A stretch of DNA of 64,000 bases from Anolis carolinensis (lineage: Eukaryota), in the NCBI RefSeq assembly GCF_035594765.1, contig NC_085846.1, positions 108,239,190-108,303,189 on the forward strand, written 5' to 3'. The notes below the pieces were generated by a model. That model did not search any database. It was given only the letters and a program-made list of their open reading frames with translations, and was not told the origin of the DNA. Below, one piece after another: positions 1 through 12,551 of the stretch (positions within the stretch are counted from its first letter, which is position 1; every line of letters starts with the position of its first letter). The position numbers were made by a program, and so were the translations under genes.

Positions 1-1680
1 CTCGTTCTTTTACAACCGTGAAACCCCAAATTCCACACGTCAAAAGCACACATACACCTTGTTAATAGGAACTATAGATTGTTGTAATAAGCTGTGCATT
101 CAGTGTATTTTTAGCAACGTAGTGTTCACTTATGTTTTTGTAACTTTTCCAGGACTGAATATAAGAAGCAGGAGGCCTCATTATATATATTTTAAAAAGA
201 ATTGGGATTGTTCTTACAAAGGTCAGGCAAGCTCACTGAACAATGTTTGTGTATTTGTAAACACAGGCCTGACTTCTTGCCTAGAGAGGCTGTGCCACTT
301 CATGCTGCACCTTGGCAAAGTGATGCTTTTCTTAACTGTTGTTTACTTTTTAACTTTGTGCAATGAATAGAAGCATATTTGAGCTCCAAATCCAGAGACC
401 TGCACAGTTATCCACATCTACGGAGCAAAAGTCGGTCACGTTAGCAAGAGTCCAAGTTTCCAAAGAGCACATCAAACTTTGATTATATGTCGCTGCCCTA
501 ATGGGGGGAAGGAAGGCAGAATAATTGAACTTCACTGGATTTGAAAGCCCTTGGGCTTACAGTTTATTGAACGTTGATTTTCTTTTTCTTTTAATTAGGG
601 GAGACATTGCATCTATCCTTGTGTTTATATCTTGGAGATTAATTTCCCTTTTTTAATATTCAAATATGCACACTATTTTTAAAGACCAGAAAAGAGATTC
701 TTCTAATAGCTGTTCATATCAGACTTAATTGCTAGCATATTTATTCAAAATTGTAGCAAGCTCCTTGGTATACTTGTTTTCCTAAATTTGCAGAATAATT
801 TTAAAGCTGGCATCCCTTGCCTCCAGTTCTGGGCTTCTTTTCAATTTAATTACTTGCAAGTGTGTGCTTTCAGGATTGCTGTCTTTTACTATGAAATGGT
901 CAAATAAATAATTCCATATGAATCACAAAGAACGGGGGATGTGCCCCGTTTCCAGACCCATCCTATCCAATGTGCAAAATTTGTATGCCTCTTGCATTAG
1001 TTGGTTTCAGAGGAACTAAAACACGCTAGTGGGATGCATCTTCATTTGCTTGAGCTTTGAATTAAAATTTAAAAAATACTTGAATTATTCTGTAGTATAC
1101 AAATTAATTACTTGTTTTGAGGCTTCTGGCACTTGTTGTAGATTTCATTCCAAACTATGTGTCTATACATTTCTAGTCAGTTAAGTTGCTTTTTTTAAAA
1201 AGAAATGTATAATTTGGCTAGAACAGAAAGAGCACAGCATCTTGCGAACGAAATCATATGTTGCAATTCTTGGACATAGTCAATTAAGCACAGCTGCACC
1301 TCATCCTGTTAATTTCAATGGGGCTCCCAAGTCTCATTGACTCACTAAACCCTGTTGCGATGGATTTGTTCTTGCAAGTCCCATTGAAATAAATGAAAGA
1401 TGCCTATCTGCAATGTCCGGAGGACTGGATCCATTCTCTCCAATGTTTAATGTAAGCATAAATGAATCCTAGTAATTAAAGTATTGTTTCAAAAAGCTCC
1501 AGATGTGTTAACTTTCATGTTTATAATTCTGCACATTGTTCACAAAATATACGAAATGTTTGATTTGCACATTGCATTTTTATTATTACTTTCATTTCAC
1601 GGAGCAGCTGAAGCAGACTCTTTGGTCCACTCTGTATACACTTTCTGTATAGTTAATCAATATATTTTATGCTACTGACA
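1..1680 (+). other. Probable distal 3' UTR of an unidentified upstream gene
   Basis: Almost repeat-free, AT-rich, U-rich on +. GTGCAAT (miR-25/92-type seed match) near 358, AATAAA near 903. Terminal arrangement of two TGTA motifs (1633, 1646), AATATA (1659-1664) and a downstream U/GU-rich tract; TE density rises after ~2000. Inference only. Confidence 0.5.
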
Positions 1681-2019
1681 GGGGATTTGTAGTCCTTGAG
1701 ATATTATTAGACTGTTGCTTTCATCATTTTTCACCACAAGGAATGATAGCTAGGACCGACGAATTGCAAACATGCAGTCCTACAGATACTGTGGGACTCC
1801 AACTCTCCTGTCCTATGACACTCAAATTTTAGAACTTCTCTAGCCATAAGTAAAACAAAAAGTGAAGGACTGTGAACACTGTATTTCTGTAAGTCTTGAC
1901 TTGGGAAGAGAACAGTATTTGCAATGGTATCTGCCAGCATTTTGGATTAGGTTCACTCAAGAGAAATACGCTGTAATGGTAATTCAGATGGTCCATGTTT
2001 GGAGGATGTTACCATAGAG

Positions 2020-2154
2020 CAGTGATTCTCAACTTGGGGTCCCCAGATGTTTTTGGCCTACAGCTCCCAGAAATCCCAGCCAGTTTACCAGCTGTAAGGA
2101 TTTCTGAGAGTTGAAGGCCAAAAACATCTGGGGATCCCAGGTTGAGAACCACTA
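2020..2154. mobile_element. hAT (Charlie/SPIN-type TIR) palindromic MITE
   Basis: TIRs CAGTGATTCTCAAC / GTTGAGAACCACTA, near-palindromic body, 8-bp TSD ccatagag/ctgtagag; paralogues at 33778, 37365, 54204. Confidence 0.9.
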
Positions 2155-2159
2155 CTGTA

Positions 2160-2255
2160 GAGTGTCATAGTCTAATCTCTTGCCAGTTCTAGAATCTACC
2201 ACTAAAGCATCCCTGAAAAGTAAGCATCCAATTCTGTTTAAATCTCTCCAACGGT
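2160..2255 (-). mobile_element. Old CR1 3'-end fragment
   Basis: Resembles the CR1 tails at 16745 and 60246 (catagtctaatctcttgcc...ctaaagcatccctga...catcc). Confidence 0.5.
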
Positions 2256-4170
2256 TTAGTCATAGGAACTGCAGATAGAAAAACAGCAGGCAGGAATTTA
2301 ACAAAACTACAAGGATGGGTCATTTCTTTTAGAAGCAATCTGCCTACTTATTAACCCATACTTTCTCCCAGGTTAGTGGTGGCAACCAGTGGTCCTCCCA
2401 GATGTCTCTTATATCTGGAACTGTGATACGAACCCCACATAGCTAAGTTGGTGTGAATCACACAGCTCTGAGAATGACATGTATTACTCACACTGATATA
2501 TTCACACAGCCAACATTCAAATGCCAACAGTACAAAAAAAGATCCACACAAGTTTTAACCACCCATGTGAAGTCATCATTAACATGCACTGCTTAGCCAA
2601 ACAGGTTTACATTGTAGAAAACTGATTTCTACATATCTGAGTGTAAGAGGAACCTATATGAGACTGCATTCAGCATTTCTTAACACACTGTAAGGAGACC
2701 TCTGGTAAACTATTTCAATACTGAAAGAGCCATTCTGTCTCATTCTAACAATGTTGACTGTAGTAGCAAACTCTGTCTCTTCTCTATTGCCATTGACATC
2801 CAAGGGAAAGGTTACAGGACTTTGTAGTTGATTGGCTTGACTCATTGATAACACTCAAGGTGAACTAGGTATACTGAAACTCTAACACCTAGAGAGGTAT
2901 TTTAACGTATCATTTGTACTGTTCCCTGGGATACTGCTGGCTCAGGGGGTTACAGTTCCTGAAATATCTTTAAAATGGTTGGCAGTAAAAACTATGTTTT
3001 TTCCTTGAATTTATGATGAAAGATTTTATGTGTCCTACCATACCTTTTAAGCATAATTTCACATAGGCTAGCAATACAAGGGACTACCCTGAACCTCAAT
3101 ACACCTACAAGTATTATCCAGGAACTACAGGAATCCATTGTTGGCTGGTTTAAAATGTGCTGTAGTAGCAATATATGAAAGTCAGTTTGGAAAAGAATGA
3201 AATTTATTCTACCTACTCTGAGTTATGAAAACACTCGGGGAATAATACCCTGTTACGCATCCTACAGAGTATAGCAGTATTACCTGTAATTTGTGAGCTT
3301 GTGATTTATTAATCAAGTATAACATTAATATTGAACATTATTATGTTGTAATTACTGTGCTAGATCTTAACTTTTAAAAATGGAACAAGACATTTTTATT
3401 TATCTAGGAAACACAAAGTAGTTGATGAATTTGATTACGGAACAGTAGCAACCTTTTAAATGTGTTCAGGGAACATTCTTTGAAAAAAATGTTCACTTTC
3501 TTAAATCTATGGGCCTGAATCCTGCATGACCTTTCACTCAACATGAATTTGTGCACACATAAGTAACTAACAAAGATGCCAAGAAACCCAGTTAACTGAA
3601 TTGCACAGATTCATAGCTAGATGCTGGCAAAAGTGCCTGATGTGCATAGGGGTGACCAACATGCATCATGGGCCTGGTGTGCATTGGATACCATTGTGCA
3701 GTAGTCCCAGCTAGCTTCAGTCCTATTGGGCATCAGTCCATTTGCCAACTCTGCTACCTAGTTATAATAATCACTCTCTACCAGATGTGTACATTTCACA
3801 AGCCCACTTAGAACCATGTGGTGATCCAAAACAGCCTTTTGCTTTGGGCACAATGTTTAGATTGGATTTAAAAGAAAAGACCAAAACTCATCTGGCATCT
3901 TTGTAATTTAAGCTTCTTGCAAAAAAGAGTTTAAGAGACAATTTAATTAAAAACATAGGAAATCTTCCATTTTAGTTTCTATTGCGTATTCAGACATTAC
4001 CATTTTATGCAATATTGGCCTATAAACTTTTAGTATAGCTTAGGTAACCTGGATACCACAGTGATGCAATGAATGACACAGCCAGCTCCCTACCCCAACT
4101 CAAAAGAGAAAAAGAGTGCTGGGTATGTGCTTGCGAAATGACTGGCTGTAATATGCAATTAGTTGAACAA

Positions 4171-4257
4171 CTATATATATATGCTATATATACTATATAT
4201 ATAGTATATATACTTGTGAGGGCAAATATACTATATTTGTATATTTGCCCTCACAAG
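4171..4257. repeat. TA-rich palindrome plus perfect 19-bp inverted repeat
   Basis: cttgtgagggcaaatatac (4213-4231), 7-nt loop, exact reverse complement (4239-4257), preceded by a self-complementary TA-rich tract. Confidence 0.95.
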
Positions 4258-4941
4258 ATCCCAGCTAATGGCTATAAAGTTTGGAAAAATTACCATTTGG
4301 GATAATTTCCATAATCTCAAACCAGCTCATCTGGAAGAAACCATGCGCAGGGATTGTGAGAGCTGTAACCAATCCACTTCATCAGATGCATCAAAATTCT
4401 TTCTGAAATGTTCTATGTGCAGAAGTGTGTTCTTTGTAAGCATGAAAAATACAGTTCCTCCACCTGCAGTTGAAAGTGGTCTCAGCTCACCAAGAACTTC
4501 ATGATATCTTTCTTATCATGCAGCCCAGCTCTTAAATTTAGCCTACTGAGTGTTGGTCATGCCGAATAACTTAATAAAAATTTCTCATCAGTTATGAGTA
4601 CTGTATTATACTGCTCTGCAATTGACCACACAACATTGTTAAAAGGTTTTGCATTTTGAAATTCCAGAAGAATTAGTATTTAGGAAAATACTTTCTACAA
4701 TATCAGGAAGACGTCAACACTGTGCTCAGTTAGATTGCTGAAAGTAGAGGAGCTGGTGCTTTGAAGACAACTGGTAGCATGAGCGTGAATGATAGTATCT
4801 GACATCACAAGACAGTCCTGTTTGGTGCTCATCTTATGCTGTTTGACACACCTGTTTGGTACTGAGTTAGGTGCTGCCAGGATTTACCATCCCACTGATT
4901 ACAAACAGGGCACTGCACTATGAATTTATTTCATCCGATTA

Positions 4942-5289
4942 CATGCCTTCCAAACTTTCCCAGGTAAAAACTGGGACAAGTGTGGCCAAAGAATGTCAGA
5001 ATGTGGTTGACATGGCAGAAGTTTCAATGAGGAAGAGTAGACAAATTAGGAAAGGCTACTTTGCTTTTACCTGAGCCTACTGGGAAGGGCAAGATTTCCT
5101 CCTTTCCTCTCATGAAAACAATTTACTTTTGAACTTTGAACAATTGAACTCACTTTGTAAGTTAAGGACAAAGAGGAAAAGTGGGAGAAGGGGAGAAAAA
5201 CCGGGACATTTTAAAAAAAACAGTTGAAAATGTGGGACAAAAAGGATCAATCGGGACTTTCTCCCAATCAGGAAATTTTGAGCATCCTG
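4942..5289. mobile_element. Degenerate hAT-like non-autonomous element with GGGACA subterminal motifs
   Basis: Starts catgccttccaa; repeated gggaca/cgggac motifs near both ends; strongly eroded. Confidence 0.4.
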
Positions 5290-6469
5290 TGAGAAAGATG
5301 GTCAGATATGTTAGTGATCACTTTCATCTCTGGCAAGATTTCTTAGTTTTGAATTGGATCTCAAACAAGGCCATAGAAATAGTTCTTTCTCTTGAGAATA
5401 TCGGGCAGGGGATTGATACACGTGGCTTCAAAAAGCCAGATTCAAGTCTGTCATATAGTATAGTAGCCTATAGTAGTCCAACACCAAAACCACTCCTCCA
5501 CTCACTGCTCTAAATATCATGTTAACAGATAAACTAGTTTTCTATTGTAGTTATTCGGGACTTAGCGATTATGTAAGAGGAATGAAGGGTTTGATATTCA
5601 GATTTTTCTCAGACATTTTTTGAGATAGCTCTGCACTTTTTTGTTTGGTTGTTTAGACCATTACTGCAGCTGGCCTTATTTTCATGCATAGATACATGCA
5701 AACATGCATAGAATATACCATAGCTTCCATGCATATAACAACAACGGTACTCACAAGTTGCAACACCTGCAGCAACAGTTTCAGGGAACAGAAATATTGG
5801 GATAGTGTTTTGGTAGAATGGATAGTCCTAATGGCAACATAAACGCTACACCAAACAGAAGTGAGTTAACATGTAATAAAGGCATGCCTCTTGGGAGGGA
5901 ATCCAAATAGTTTTCAGGACCAGCTTTGCTCATGTTACCACAGAACACACAAGATTGTTTATCTTCTAATCTTTAATGCCATTCATCGTGTCATAGAAAG
6001 GTGATCGATGGGATGAAATCTACCTCCTTTCCACAGTCCTAATCTCTTTACTTTTGGCTCAGTGGGATGTATTTAACCTGTTGTAATCATTCATCTTGAC
6101 TGTCTCCAGAACATGTTCTGTTTCTAACCAGATTAAAACACAGTATCTTCTCTTCCTGGCTACTTTTATATGACTCCAAAGCATGCTGCTGACGTTGCTT
6201 CTGGGGCAAGATGATAAATGTGATGCTGTTTTCCTGTGCTTTGACCAAATGTGCTAAACAAGTGTGTGGCTGAAGCTACTGAAACACAAAAGCACAGCTT
6301 CCTTTGCCATACATGTTTTTCATTTGGGAGAGATGGAGGAGGAAGATATATGCTCTGTTATACAGAAAGGATGTGAAAATGGGACCCCTTTATTGTATTG
6401 TTGCCCATCAGTTTTGAATATATGAATTGCCTTGCTAGATCAGACTATGGATCAATCTAGTGTCTAGTA

Positions 6470-6650
6470 GAACCCTATGATTCACTTCAATTGTCATGGC
6501 TCTATACTATGGAATTGTTTACAGAGAAAGTATTAAGGATTGCTAGCCAGAGAGTTCTAGTGCCTCTCCAAACTACAAAGCCTGGGTTTCTGCAAGATAT
6601 TGCCATAGAACTTAGGTGGAGTCATGGCACAATAATTACGTAGTGTGTCT
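6470..6650. mobile_element. Old palindromic Harbinger-like MITE
   Basis: Shares the body (gtcatggctc..ctatggaat..gtgcctc.ccaaactaca) of the younger copies at 33501 and 43508. Confidence 0.55.
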
Positions 6651-7632
6651 GTCATGCCATTGATACAGGAGTTAGTCAGATGCCTAGAGGAACATGCAAC
6701 ACAGCCAATTCAACCTTTTTCTTGGTTGTGTGGATAGGGTTGCCCTGACTACAGAAGCAAATCGAGATACAGAGTGGTAACATTTATAAAGGGCTCTAGC
6801 ACATGATTCACCAAACACATTTGAGCCACAGAATAAACAACTGGAGAGAGTCTTGCGTGGTCCAGTGCTGCTCAATGAAGGGAAGATGCCAGACCACAAA
6901 AGCACAGTGTTTAATGTGCCAGTCACAGAAGAGCTAGTTTAAAACATGTGAGGCCAATGGGTTACTTCAGAAATCAGAAACCCATTCACAGAACATGACT
7001 CAATGGATGAAAGTAACCCACACCAGTTCTCTGGCAATGATTTTCATGAATATGACATCACAGCTGTGTGTGTGCCTGTGCCTTTAAGTCACCTGTTAAT
7101 TTACAACAACCCCGTGGATTTCATGGGTTTTTCTTAGGCAAGGAGAACTGTAAGAAGCTGGAGATACTCACACCGTAGAACTTGCTCAGGTACACATCGG
7201 AAACTGGAGAAACAAGCACATTGCCCATGTCAGTTAGGTAGATCCTGTGTAGAACCAGCAATGCCAAAGAAGAAAGGTAACACAGCTGCTTGTTGGCTTC
7301 AGTAAGGGTAATCTGCAACAGCTGGAGATGAGTGTGGCTACCTGGGAAAAAGTAGCCAAGAAGACAGAGTTAGAAGGGAAGGAGAAAAAGAGTGAGTGTG
7401 GGTTTGTAGGTGAGTTGATCAAGCAGAGTGGCCCCAAGTCCAGCAACCCATCTTGGGATCACTGGGTGAGAAGCTACTTCAGAAAGCTTGAACAAGATCC
7501 ACGATTGTAAGCTTTTGGGGGAGACGACCCTGACCAACAAAACTTCTTAAATCCTAAAATCTGGTGTAGGCCCATGGACAGCCAAGAACAAGGGGGTCTG
7601 ATATTCCCTTAGCAGAGCAGGATACCATAAAT

Positions 7633-7994
7633 TGGGGGTCCTCAAACTTTTTAAGCAGAGGGCCAGTTCACGGTTCCGCAGACTGTTGGGGAGCTGGACT
7701 ATAGTGAAAGAATTCTTATGCACACGGCACATATTTGTAGTGCAGAAACACAAAAGAGCAATGCAATATTTAAAATGAAGAACAATTTTAATCAACATAA
7801 ACTTACCAGTATTTTAACAAGAGGTGTGGGCCTGCATTTGGCTGATGGGAGAGTCAAGTTAATTAGGATTGTTGTTGTGTGCCTTCAAGTTGTTTCAGAC
7901 TTAGGGTGACCCTAGTCTAAAGTTTACGGCAGAAACAGGTAAATGACCTTGGAAGGCCATATCTGGCCCACAGGTCTTAGTTTGGGGATCCCTA
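7633..7994. mobile_element. hAT non-autonomous element, OC1/nhAT1-like
   Basis: Ends (t)gggggtcctcaaactttttaagcagagggccagttcac...tagtttggggatcccta; perfect 8-bp TSD ccataaat (7625-7632 and 7995-8002). Confidence 0.85.
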
Positions 7995-8049
7995 CCATAA
8001 ATACTCAAAAGTAGTTTGTCATTCCCCTTCTCTGAAATATAGGCTATTA

Positions 8050-8370
8050 CCTACTTACTTAGGTGATCCCTTATTGTCCTAGTATAATGGCCTTCCAAGT
8101 GTAGTATTTTTCTTGGAAGACACCTGTGCGTGAGTTTTTTTATGTGTGGAGGTCAGTTCACAGCTGATCAACACACAGTCCTCACAAGGTGAGGGTCTAA
8201 ACATGGGTAACAAGATGACGGTGGCTTCTCAATTTGCTGCAGCAAATTCTGTCTTCACAGCCATTGTAACACGTGCCATGGGAGTACATGACTCCGACAG
8301 TTACACCCACAGGTTCATTGGAACACGCAAGTCCCTCCACCAAGACAAGGTGACAATCCATTGAGTGCGG
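8050..8370 (-). mobile_element. Short non-autonomous (bipartite) RTE-clade retroelement
   Basis: Minus strand begins ...ggattgtcaccttgtcttggtggagggacttgcgtgttccaatga (RTE/Expander-like 5' end) and ends ggatcacctaagtaagt ((TAAG)n tail); no ORF between. Confidence 0.65.
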
Positions 8371-8799
8371 TTGTCTCCCATCCAAATACCAGGTATGGAC
8401 CTGGTTGACTTCCACAAACAGACAGCCTTCAGGGATTTAGACTTCTGAGAATATCTGGTGTCTTCAGTTAAGCTACTACACCTACGCAAATCAGCTGAAA
8501 GCAATATTTGTCCTGTGGAAAGACCGGAGTTCCTTTCACAATGGAAAAGAGTGGTTTCCTTTTTTTTAAGAAAAAATGTTTGAAAGTCTGATATTTTGGC
8601 TAATGTAGTTCTTTTGTTTGGGTCCCTAATGACAGAGGGACACTGAGACACACATATCCACAGGTGCTCAAGTATTGGGTAGAAAAACTAATTTCTCCAT
8701 TCATATGATCAGAGTTGGAAGATTTCTCCGTTCATATAATCAGATTTGGATGACACCTCTATGGCCATTTATATCATACAGGAACACAAAATCAAAGTA

Positions 8800-9142
8800 C
8801 AGTAGTCTCACTTATCCAACATTTGCTTATCCAACATACTGAATTATCCAACGCAGTCTGCCTTTTAATAGTCAATGTTTTTGTAGTCAATGTTTTCAAT
8901 ACATTGTGATGTTTTGGTACTAAATTCATAAATACAGTAATTACTAGGTAGCATTACTGCGTATTGAACTACTTTTTCTGTCAAATTTGTTGTTAAACAT
9001 GATGTTTTGGTGCTTAATTTGTAAAATCATAACCTAATTTGATGTTTAATAGGCTTTTCCTTAATCCCTCCTTATTATCCAACATATTCGCTTATCCAAC
9101 ATTCTGCCGGCTCGTTTATGTTGGATAAGTGAGACTCTACTG
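8800..9142. mobile_element. Tc1/mariner-superfamily (pogo/Tigger-like) MITE
   Basis: TIR cagtag(ag)tctcacttatccaac / gttggataagtgagactctactg, TA TSD; inverted relative to the copies at 38144 and 54684. Confidence 0.92.
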
Positions 9143-9294
9143 TACTCCCAAACGATGGCCATTCAGCCTCTGTTTATTTTTAAAGAACACCAAAGAAGGA
9201 AACTCAGTTACAGCCCATCCATACACATCCTTTGTCCAACTTTCCTTCATATAAGAGCAAACTAGGTGAATCTGCACTGATCACTTCCTGATAT

Positions 9295-9613
9295 ACTCAT
9301 CACACAAGGGCAGGCGTGGGCAAACTTGGGACCTCCAGGTGTTTTGGACTCCAATTCCCATAATTCCTAACAGCCGGTAGGAGTTGAAGTTCAAAACACC
9401 TGGAGGGCCCAAGTTTGCCCATGCCTGCACTAGAGCATGGCTCCACTTCAAATCCAGTTTCTGTCTCCTGCAGAACTGTGGGCTTTGCAGTTTAGGGAGG
9501 GGTCTTTAAACTGCTCAGCCAGAGAGGTACTGGCCTCACTAAATTACAAAACCCAGAATTTTGCAGGAGGCAAAAACCGGATTTAAAGTGGATCCGTGCT
9601 CTAGTGTGATGAG
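9295..9613. mobile_element. Palindromic Harbinger-like MITE interrupted by a hAT MITE
   Basis: Arms ctcatcaca..ctagagcatggctccacttcaaatccag / ccggatttaaagtggatccgtgctctagtgtgatgag. Confidence 0.7.
9311..9427. mobile_element. hAT palindromic MITE (CAGGCATGGGCAAACT family)
   Basis: TIRs caggcgtgggcaaactt / aagtttgcccatgcctg; TSD cacaaggg/cactagag; paralogues at 59938 and 62222. Confidence 0.9.
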
Positions 9614-10300
9614 GCTGATAATCAGTGTGTGAGGGAGAAACTCTGCAAAATCTAGTTCCTGCAATGCAAACAGAAAGATGGAGGAGTGAAAATGCAATGG
9701 CAAACCCCCAAAACTGCCACAAAGCCGAACTCCCCAGGCAGAGAAGTAACCGGGAAACAAGCTGAAAGAGAACAGGAACCTGGATAAGATGATTTAATAA
9801 GACAGCCATCATAAGCCTTGGCCTCCCTCTGTATAGCAAAAGCCTCAGGTGCTGTAACAATGGGAAGCTGGCAGCCATGCGATCACCTAGGAGCAGCGCT
9901 CAGCCTGTATCGCTGCAGGAGGCCCGGGATGAAAACATCACATCTGTGAGTGACAAGCTCTTTTAACCCTAGAGAGAGGGGTATTAATTCATTAGTCAAA
10001 TTAGCGAGGCAGCTATGACAGACAGAGCAATATTGCCGGGCCTGAGAAAGAGAAAGGACGTTTCCTTTTCAAAAGACAATCAGCAAAGCTCCAAACACCA
10101 AGCCAATCCTGGGAAGGGCAGCTGCTGGGAGAAAATTACATTGGAACATTTTGATTTTGATATTGCAATTCCATTCTTTCCTTTGTTTGAAAAACAATCT
10201 AGACAGCTTATCATAAAAGTTGTGTAACATATTATGCAAAAAAAGGAAACAACAAACTATAAAAAAAACTCTTTTATAAAACAAAAGCACATTTGTCAAT

Positions 10301-10660
10301 AGTAAAGGTAAAGGTTTCCCCTGACATTGAGTCCAGTCGTGACTCTGGGATTTGGTGCTCATCTCCATTTCTAAGCCAAAGAGCAGGCGTTATCCATAGA
10401 TACCTCCAAGGACATGCTGGCGTTGTCTGTAAATGCCTCTTAGGTCATGTGGCTGGCATGACTGCATGGAACGCTGTTACCTTCCCGCCAGAGTGGTACC
10501 TATTGATCTACTCACATTTGCATGTTTTCGAACTGCTAGGTTGGCAGGAACTGGAACTAACAGCGGGCGCTCATTCCACTCCCAGGATTTGAACCTGGGA
10601 CCTTCTGGTCCGCAAGTTCAGCAGCTCAGTGCTTTAACACACTGTGCCACCAGGGGCTAC
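10301..10660 (-). mobile_element. Sauria SINE with a ~30-bp internal duplication
   Basis: (ACCTTT)n tail and tRNA-like head with B box GGTTCAAATCC on minus; duplicated gcgtt.tc..ta.a..cctc..agg.catg at about 10386-10450. Confidence 0.95.
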
Positions 10661-12046
10661 ATAATAAGACTACATAATTCAACCCAAATGAACCAACAAA
10701 AAGTACAGTATTGCTGGTATCAGTGGTTTCATATATTCATATCTAACAAAATATGCCCTCTCTAAGCATTTTCTGAGTGGACTTAAAGAGCTTCTTTTAA
10801 TGATGAACTGTATGCAAAGAAACAAGAGGGTAAAAGAAACTAGAAACTTCCCAGAGATTTTGCTACTTTGCCTAACTTGCTTAACTTGATATGGCTTATC
10901 CACTACATTAAGTACTCCAGCATGAGGTGATGGTATTCTTGAGCCAGAAGTCCTTCCTTTCAATAGTATTCACTATCACTTGGAGTTTCACATTATCCAC
11001 ACCAAGTCTGAAAACATATCTTGTATCCATACAAGATTCATACTATATAGACAATACAAGGTACCAGAACTTAGTGCAGTCACAAACATTTAAATTTAAT
11101 TCAAGTGGGGCATGAGAGATGGCCAAATAGGAATGTTTTGAACAAATCATCTAAAACCAGATGCAGAGATATAGCCTGGCCAGCATCTGGAAAAAAACAG
11201 AATTGGCGTCTCCCATTTCCAAACGATCAAGCTCAAAGCATTCCCAAATCAATTTCCTAGGAATATCTGCTTAGTTTTAATAGATCACTGCCCTTTCTGC
11301 AATGAGGAAGGGCACAGGGTATGTCTGGAAGATATCCCAGAGCCATGGTCTTGGTAATGATACCATTAAAACTTGTCATTTCTGGCCTTCTCATTGTCTA
11401 TATCAAATTCACCTACCCAGTTGTATCCTCACAGTATGGAAGAACTTCACGAGTAAAGCTTTAAAAAAAACCCCTCAAAGTCATGTTTCCTTGCCAGTCA
11501 TTGAAGGCCATTTGAATTATGTTTGCTAGCCATGACCAAGTTTGTTAGTCATGACCTTCACTATGAATTCACAGCTAAAAACTTGTGCTCGGCAAATGTT
11601 TTTGATTTTTTTATTACTCATAGCCAAAGACTCCAGCAGAAGACTTAAATATCATTAAAATGATCCACTTGAGGAAAGGGTCTACAAATCTACATATGAC
11701 AGATGGTGAAAAACACCTTGAGAAGTGTGTGATGCATACAGAGTCATTGTAACACTCCTATAGGGCTCTCTTTGCTGTGAGTTGCACATCTGGTATTGTG
11801 GTGTGGGATCCACCATGAATATTCCTGCTTTTAGGTAGGGCTTGAGCTCATTGTAATCTAACTTTGTTTTAGAATATAATAGGTCATAATAAACTTTGTT
11901 CCAGAAACAGCTGATACTTAAGTATTCATCTCATGGGCAATTTTGAAATCCCTATTACAAATAGACTGCGTAGACTGAGTAGGGTGGGATCACCATGTTG
12001 TAGCCATGCTGTGAAAGAGCCAAGATGGTGTTGAGTGTTGGACTAT

Positions 12047-12502
12047 TGTCAGGAGATGATGGGGTGCAGAGTGAATTCCAAAATTCATCATCCCGGTCTC
12101 ACCTCCTTCTCCAGACTGTATTCCCATTCTGAGAAACAGCACTGGTCAAACAAACACTCCAGTAGACGAAGTCCAACTGTTGATTAACTTTATTTACATG
12201 TCTATTTACAGTTTGCATTTCTCGGCTTCAGAGCATAGCATTCATAATCCATCTTCAGCGAAAGCTCAAGCCGAACACCACAGATAAGATAAGAAACACA
12301 TTCCTCTGTCCAGAGGAAGTTCCAACCTTCAAAGGCCTCATAGGTCACAGTAATCACAGCCTCATAGGTCACAGTAATCACAGCAGGCTGTCAGTCAAAA
12401 CTAGCCTGCTCTTAACTATTTCATTACTGAAAATACGCACTCTAGCTCATCAGCAGTAAACACTTGATTTACATTTCATACAAATACAACCATACTCCAA
12501 CA
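12047..12502 (-). mobile_element. Solo LTR (456 bp)
   Basis: TG...CA ends (tgtcaggag / ctccaaca), perfect 5-bp TSD actat (12042-12046 and 12503-12507), AATAAA on minus near 12188, 24-bp tandem duplication 12335-12382. Confidence 0.88.
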
Positions 12503-12551
12503 ACTATGACTCTACAGACCAGGGTTTGACTCCCTACTACAACCATGGAAT

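Larger units (their letters stand above)
7065..8425 (-). mobile_element. 5S-derived SINE3 broken into three pieces (about 7065-7145, 8000-8049, 8371-8425) by nested insertions
   Basis: Tail gtgtgtgcctttaagtcacctg...ttcttaggcaagga; middle aatactc...cttctctgaaatataggcta; 5S-like head gtctcccatccaaatac; colinear with the + copies at 37185 and 37340. Confidence 0.7.

Noticed and set aside
1-1680. Assigning a gene symbol to the putative 3' UTR
   Set aside because: I do not recognise the sequence well enough to name it.
10293-10765. Recurrent similar ORFs (also near 35765, 53717, 60876, 62892) suggesting a gene family
   Set aside because: They are translations of Sauria SINE copies.
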